This document shows, in pieces, positions 59,814 to 64,000 of a DNA stretch of 64,000 bases. Numbering within the stretch: position 1 is the first letter of the stretch; each line of letters begins with the position of its first letter. Source of the DNA: an uncultured Actinomycetota bacterium (GTDB lineage Bacteria > Actinomycetota > Actinomycetes > Propionibacteriales > Nocardioidaceae); NCBI GenBank assembly GCA_963834275.1, contig CAWIBA010000006.1, positions 19,129 to 83,128 of the forward strand, written 5' to 3'. The notes below the pieces were generated by a model that was not told the DNA's origin, did not search any database, and saw only the letters and a list, made by a program, of their open reading frames with translations. A program made the translations under genes and the position numbers.

Positions 59814-61674
59814 TCAGCGTCGGCGCGACACCACCAGGGCGGATCCGCCGCCCCGCCGGGTGGGCTCGGCCACTGCGGTCAGCCGGCCCTTCCGCCGGAA
59901 CTCGATCGCCGTGGCCGCGCCGATCTCGGCCGCGCTGGTGAACTGGTCGCCCGAGGGCGTGAAGGTGTGCCCGTACGGCGTGAGCAGGGCGCCGTAGGTG
60001 GCGATGAACTCCGGCTCCGCGAGCACCGAGGCGGTGTTGCGCTGGGTGGCACGCGGCGCCGCGATCGCGTCCTCGATCGACATGCCACGGTCCACGTAGT
60101 TGAACAGCATCTGCGTGACCGTGGTGATGATGGTCGAGCCGCCCGGCGAGCCGAGCGCCAGCACCGGCTTGCCGTTGCGCAGCACGATCGTCGGGGACAT
60201 CGAGGAGCGCGGACGCTTGCCGGGCTGGATCCGGTTGGGGTCGCTCCTCATCGAAGCGGGTGGAGAAGTCGGTGAGCTCGTTGTTGAGCAGGAAGCCGCG
60301 GTTCTTGACCAGCAGGCCGGAGCCGCCGGTCTGCTCGATGGTGAGCGTGTACTCGACGACGTTGCCCTCCTTGTCGGTGACGGTCAGGTTCGTCGTCTCG
60401 ACGTTCTCGGTGTCGGGCGAGGTGCCGTCGACCGCGCGCGCGGTGGTGGCGCAGGAGCCGTCGAAGCTCGACGCGTCGCCGGCGGCGACCGGCTTGGACG
60501 CCGCCCGGGTGGGGCTGAGGTCTGCAGGCGCGCTCGGCGGCGAACCGGTCGGAGAGCAGGGCCTTGGTCGGCACGTCGACCTTCTTCGGGTCACCGACGT
60601 ACTTGCCGCGGTCGGCGAAGGCGAGTGCGGTCGCCTCGAGGTAGTGGTGCAGGGCGTCCTGCGGTGTCATGGACGCCAGGTCGAAGCGCTCGAGGATGTT
60701 CAGCGCCTCGCCGACGGTGGTGCCGCCGGACGACACGGGCGCCATGCCGAAGACGTCGAGCCCGCGGTAGTCGCTGCGGGTCGGCTTCTGGTTGCGCGCC
60801 TTGTAGCGCTTCAGGTCGGAGACCCGCATGAAGCCCCGCGGCACCGGGAGGTCGGTGTCGGGGCTCTTCGGGGGCTTGCGGGTGGCGCGGACGATCTCGC
60901 TTGGCGAGCGGGCCGCGGTAGAACGCCGTCCATGCCGCGCCGGCCCAGCAGCCGGTAGGTCGCGGCGAGGTCGGGGTTCTTGAACACCGAGCCGACCCGC
61001 GGGGGCCGCCGCCGGGCAGGAACAGCTTCGGGGTGGTGGTGTAGGCCTCGAACCGCTCCTGGTTGTCCTCGGTCTGGTCGTGGAAGGTCTGGTCGACGAC
61101 GAAGCCGCGCTTCGCGAGCCGGGCGGCGGGCCGCAGCGCCTTGCGCAGGTCGTAGCTGCCCCAGCGCTGCAGGGCCTTGGCCCAGGTCGCGGGCGTGCCG
61201 GGGACGCCGACGGAGACGCCGCTGGTCACCAGGTCGGGGGTGAACGGGTAGGGCTCGCCGGTGCTCGGGTCGATGAAGGCGTCGCGCGGCATGGCCCGGG
61301 GGGCGGTCTCGCGGCCGTCGATGGTGCGCACCTTGCGGGAGTCGGCGTCGTAGTAGACGAAGAACCCGCCGCCGCCGATGCCCGCGCTGTAGGGCTCGGT
61401 CACGCCCAGGGCCGCCGCCGTGGCGACCGCCGCGTCGACGGCGTTGCCGCCGCGCTTGAGCACGCGCAACCCGATCCGGGAGGCCTCCGGGTCGACCGAG
61501 CTCACCGCCCCGCCGAATCCCCGGCTGGTGGGCACCTTCGTCGGGCGCCGGGCGGCCGGCCGCGGCGGCCTGGGCCGCCCACGGTCGCGAGGCCCGCGCC
61601 GGTGACGCAGCAGCGCGGTGAGTGCCGGCCAGGGCGGCGGAGGTGCGGGAACGACGGTGCGGGCGTGCGGTCAT
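59814..61674 (-). CDS. ggt: Gamma-glutamyltransferase (several frameshifts)
   Basis: GGNAVDAA, GIGGGGF, DGRETAP, ETTNLTV, LLNNELTDF, PGKRPRSSMSP and GSPGGSTI motifs. Confidence 0.9.
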
Positions 61675-61730
61675 GGGGTTCCTCCCGAGCGAGTCAGAGC
61701 CTCCGGCTGTACTACCCAGACGCCCGGAGG

Positions 61731-62710
61731 TCAATCGCCGCCGCCGGCACCGGCCGGTACGGCGGCCCGGACAGCCGCCAGCGCGCGCTCCGCCCGCCCG
61801 GGGTCGTCCCAGCCGACCCAGGTGATCCGGGGGTCCTTGCGGAACCACGCGTCCTGCCGTGCGGGCGAACCGCCGCGTGCCCACGACGGTCTGCTCGAGC
61901 GCCTCCTCCTCGGTGAGCGTCGCCGTCGAGGAACGCCAGCACCTGCTGGTAGCCCAGCGCCCGCGAGGCCGTCCGGCCCTCGCGCAGGCCGGCCGCGCCG
62001 AGCCGCCGGACCTCCTCGACGAGGCCGGCCTCCCACATCCGGCGGACCCGCAGCTCGATCCGCTCGTCGAGGACCGGGCGCGGGATGTGCGACGCCGACC
62101 TGCACGGCGTCGTCGTAGAAGTACTCCTGCGCGCGGCAGCGTGGCGCTGAACGGGCGACCGGTGATCTCGACGACCTCCAGCGCGCGGACCACCCGGCGC
62201 CCGTTGGTCGGGGATGATCGCGCGTCGCCGCCGCCGGGTCCACCTCGGCGAGCCGGGCGTGCAGCGCCTGCGGCCCCTCGGCCTCCAGCTCGCGCCTCCA
62301 GCCGCGGCGCGCACCGCCGGGTCGGTGCCGGGGAACTCGAACCGGTCGAGCACGGCCCGCGTGTAGAGCGCGGACCCGCCGACCAGCACCGGGGTGACGC
62401 CCCGGTCGCGGCAGTCGTCGATGACGGCCGCGCCCAGCTGCTGGAACTCCGCGACGGTCGCCGGCTCGGTCACGTCGAGCACGTCGAGCAGGTGGTGCGG
62501 GATGCCGCGACGCTCGGCGACGGGCAGCTTCGCGGTGCCGATGTCCATGCCGCGGTAGACCTGCATCGAGTCGGTGTTGACGACCTCGCCGCCGAGCGCC
62601 TCGGCCAGGTCGAGGGAGAGGCTGGTCTTGCCGGCGGCGGTCGGACCGACGACGGCGACGACCGGCGGCCGGCCCGGCGGGGCGGGCGCCTTGTCTCGTG
62701 CACCGTTCAT
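61731..62710 (-). CDS. miaA: tRNA dimethylallyltransferase (several frameshifts)
   Basis: GPTAAGKT, DSMQVYRGMDIGTAK, VGGSALY, RALEV, RALGY and RQDAWF motifs. Confidence 0.92.
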
Positions 62711-62760
62711 GGGCAGAGTCTGGCAAAGGGGCAGTCGTCCGACGAAAGGGGACGGGTCCG

Positions 62761-62964
62761 ATGGGATTCCTGGACAAGGCGAAGTCACATCTGACCAAGG
62801 CGGTCGACCAGCACGGCGACAAGATCGCCAAGGGCGTGGACAAGGCCGCCAGACCGATCGACGAGAAGACCGGTGGGAAGCACACCGACAAGATCGCCAA
62901 GGGCCGGACCCAGGCGAAGGACGCCCTGGACAAGCTCGACGGCAAGAACGACGACATCCGCTGA
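62761..62964 (+). CDS. MT0933/Rv0909-like small protein (annotated as antitoxin family)
   Basis: MGFLDKAK...HGDKIAKGVDKA...DEKTGGKHTDKI. Confidence 0.8.
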   Translation: MGFLDKAKSHLTKAVDQHGDKIAKGVDKAARPIDEKTGGKHTDKIAKGRTQAKDALDKLDGKNDDIR

Positions 62965-63002
62965 GCGGGTTTCCCGGCGGGACCGGCGGGTACGGCGAGA
63001 TC

Positions 63003-63356
63003 ATGGCAGACCGAGACGACGACCAGAACGTGAAGGGCGGGCCGGCCAACCACGCCGCCCACACCGACCTGGACGCGCCGACTCCCCCGGGCGGTCCGCT
63101 GCGCCAGGACCGTCCGGACGCCGACGTGCACCCCGACCGGACCGGTCGACCCGGGTCCCGGGGTCCCGACCCGGACGTGCAGCCGAGCGGCACGCCCGGA
63201 CGGACCGCCCCCGGTCCCGTCGCCCGGCACGCCACCGGGTGAGCCGGGCCCGGATCCCGAGCCGGACCCCGGGTCGGCGCCGAGGGCCGGCGCGGGGCGG
63301 CTGGAGAACGCCGAGACGTCACTGGACCAGCCGTCCGACGGCTCGGGGGCGGAGTG
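63003..63356 (+). CDS. Hypothetical Pro/Asp-rich protein (probably frameshifted near 63240)
   Basis: MADRDDDQNVKGG...; a plausible continuation in another frame ends ENAETSLDQPSDGSGAE*. Confidence 0.45.
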
Positions 63357-63379
63357 ACCGAGACCGAGAGGAGCAGACC

Positions 63380-63598
63380 ATGACCGATCAACACGAGCCG
63401 GCACCGATGCCGGACCAGGACGACGCGTTCGTCGGCGAGCCGCCGGCAGGTGACGCCAACCCCGGTGACTTCATGTCCAACGACCAGCGCGGGCGCGTGT
63501 CCGAGGAGACCGGCACCACCTATGACCAGGGTGGCGAGCCGGAGTCGACGCCGCACGACGAGGAGCTGCTCGCCGAGGATGAGGACGAGGAGTCATGA
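63380..63598 (+). CDS. Hypothetical acidic protein (72 aa)
   Basis: SD GAGGAG; MTDQHEPAP...EDEDEES; high GC3. Confidence 0.6.
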   Translation: MTDQHEPAPMPDQDDAFVGEPPAGDANPGDFMSNDQRGRVSEETGTTYDQGGEPESTPHDEELLAEDEDEES

Positions 63599-63928
63599 CG
63601 CCGTCCGGCAGCTCCAGCGAGCACGAGAGCGCCGGCGCGGCCGGCAACCCCAGCGCCGAGAGCGAGGAGGGCCTCGCGGGCGACCTCGGGCGTCAGCAGC
63701 GAGCGGGACGGCCCGTTCGGGGGCGTCGAGGGCACCGGCACCGTCGGGTCGGCCCAGGGCCGCACCGACGGCGCCTCGGCGACACATCCGGGCCAGGTGG
63801 AGCCGAGCACCGAGGAGCACCGGCAGGTGCAGGAGGTGGAGGAGAACACCGCGGAGCTGCCCTCCCACGACCACGTCCGGGCGGCCAACCCGCACCCGCA
63901 CCGCGACGAGGCCGGCGACCGCGACTAG
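63595..63928 (+). CDS. Hypothetical acidic protein (frameshift near 63690)
   Basis: ATGA overlap with the previous gene; MTPSGSSSEHE...GLAGDLG then VSSERDGPFGGVEGTGT...RDEAGDRD* after removing one G. Confidence 0.5.
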
Positions 63929-64000
63929 CATTCCCGGGCATGCCCGACAGCACCGCCGTCCCGGAGGCCCCCGACGACCTGCACGGGCGGTTCACCGTGG

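Overview
High-GC actinobacterial chromosome, most likely Nocardioidaceae (inferred from gene content and order, not from a search). Left to right it carries: the dcw cluster (ftsW-murD-mraY-murF-murE-ftsI-ftsL-rsmH-mraZ, with the mraW RNA motif and MraZ boxes); a divergent MoxR/DUF58/transglutaminase operon; an inserted rsiG-whiG anti-sigma/sigma pair; a DNA-damage region (dinB, methyltransferase, dnaE2, HEPN, DUF6504); a metF/polyprenyl synthase block; lexA with its LysM partner; secreted phosphatases (phoD, NPP-like, phoX); dinG; a LacI/ABC/glucanase/sulfatase/GH39 sugar locus; and hflX-dapF-ggt-miaA. The best candidate for an undescribed system is the rsiG-whiG operon. It sits back-to-back with a sigma-28/WhiG-type promoter that would drive an unannotated ~170-nt RNA with two C6-C7-loop hairpins (6C-RNA-like) and a terminator, suggesting a c-di-GMP -> sigma -> anti-Shine-Dalgarno sRNA module. 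The second candidate is an imuA/imuB-less DnaE2 cassette (DUF6504-HEPN-DnaE2) with both a LexA box and a PafBC-type promoter. Many genes, including essential ones, carry single-base frameshifts that become denser toward the right end; these are best read as sequencing/consensus errors. All family assignments come from motif recognition by eye; no database search was run.
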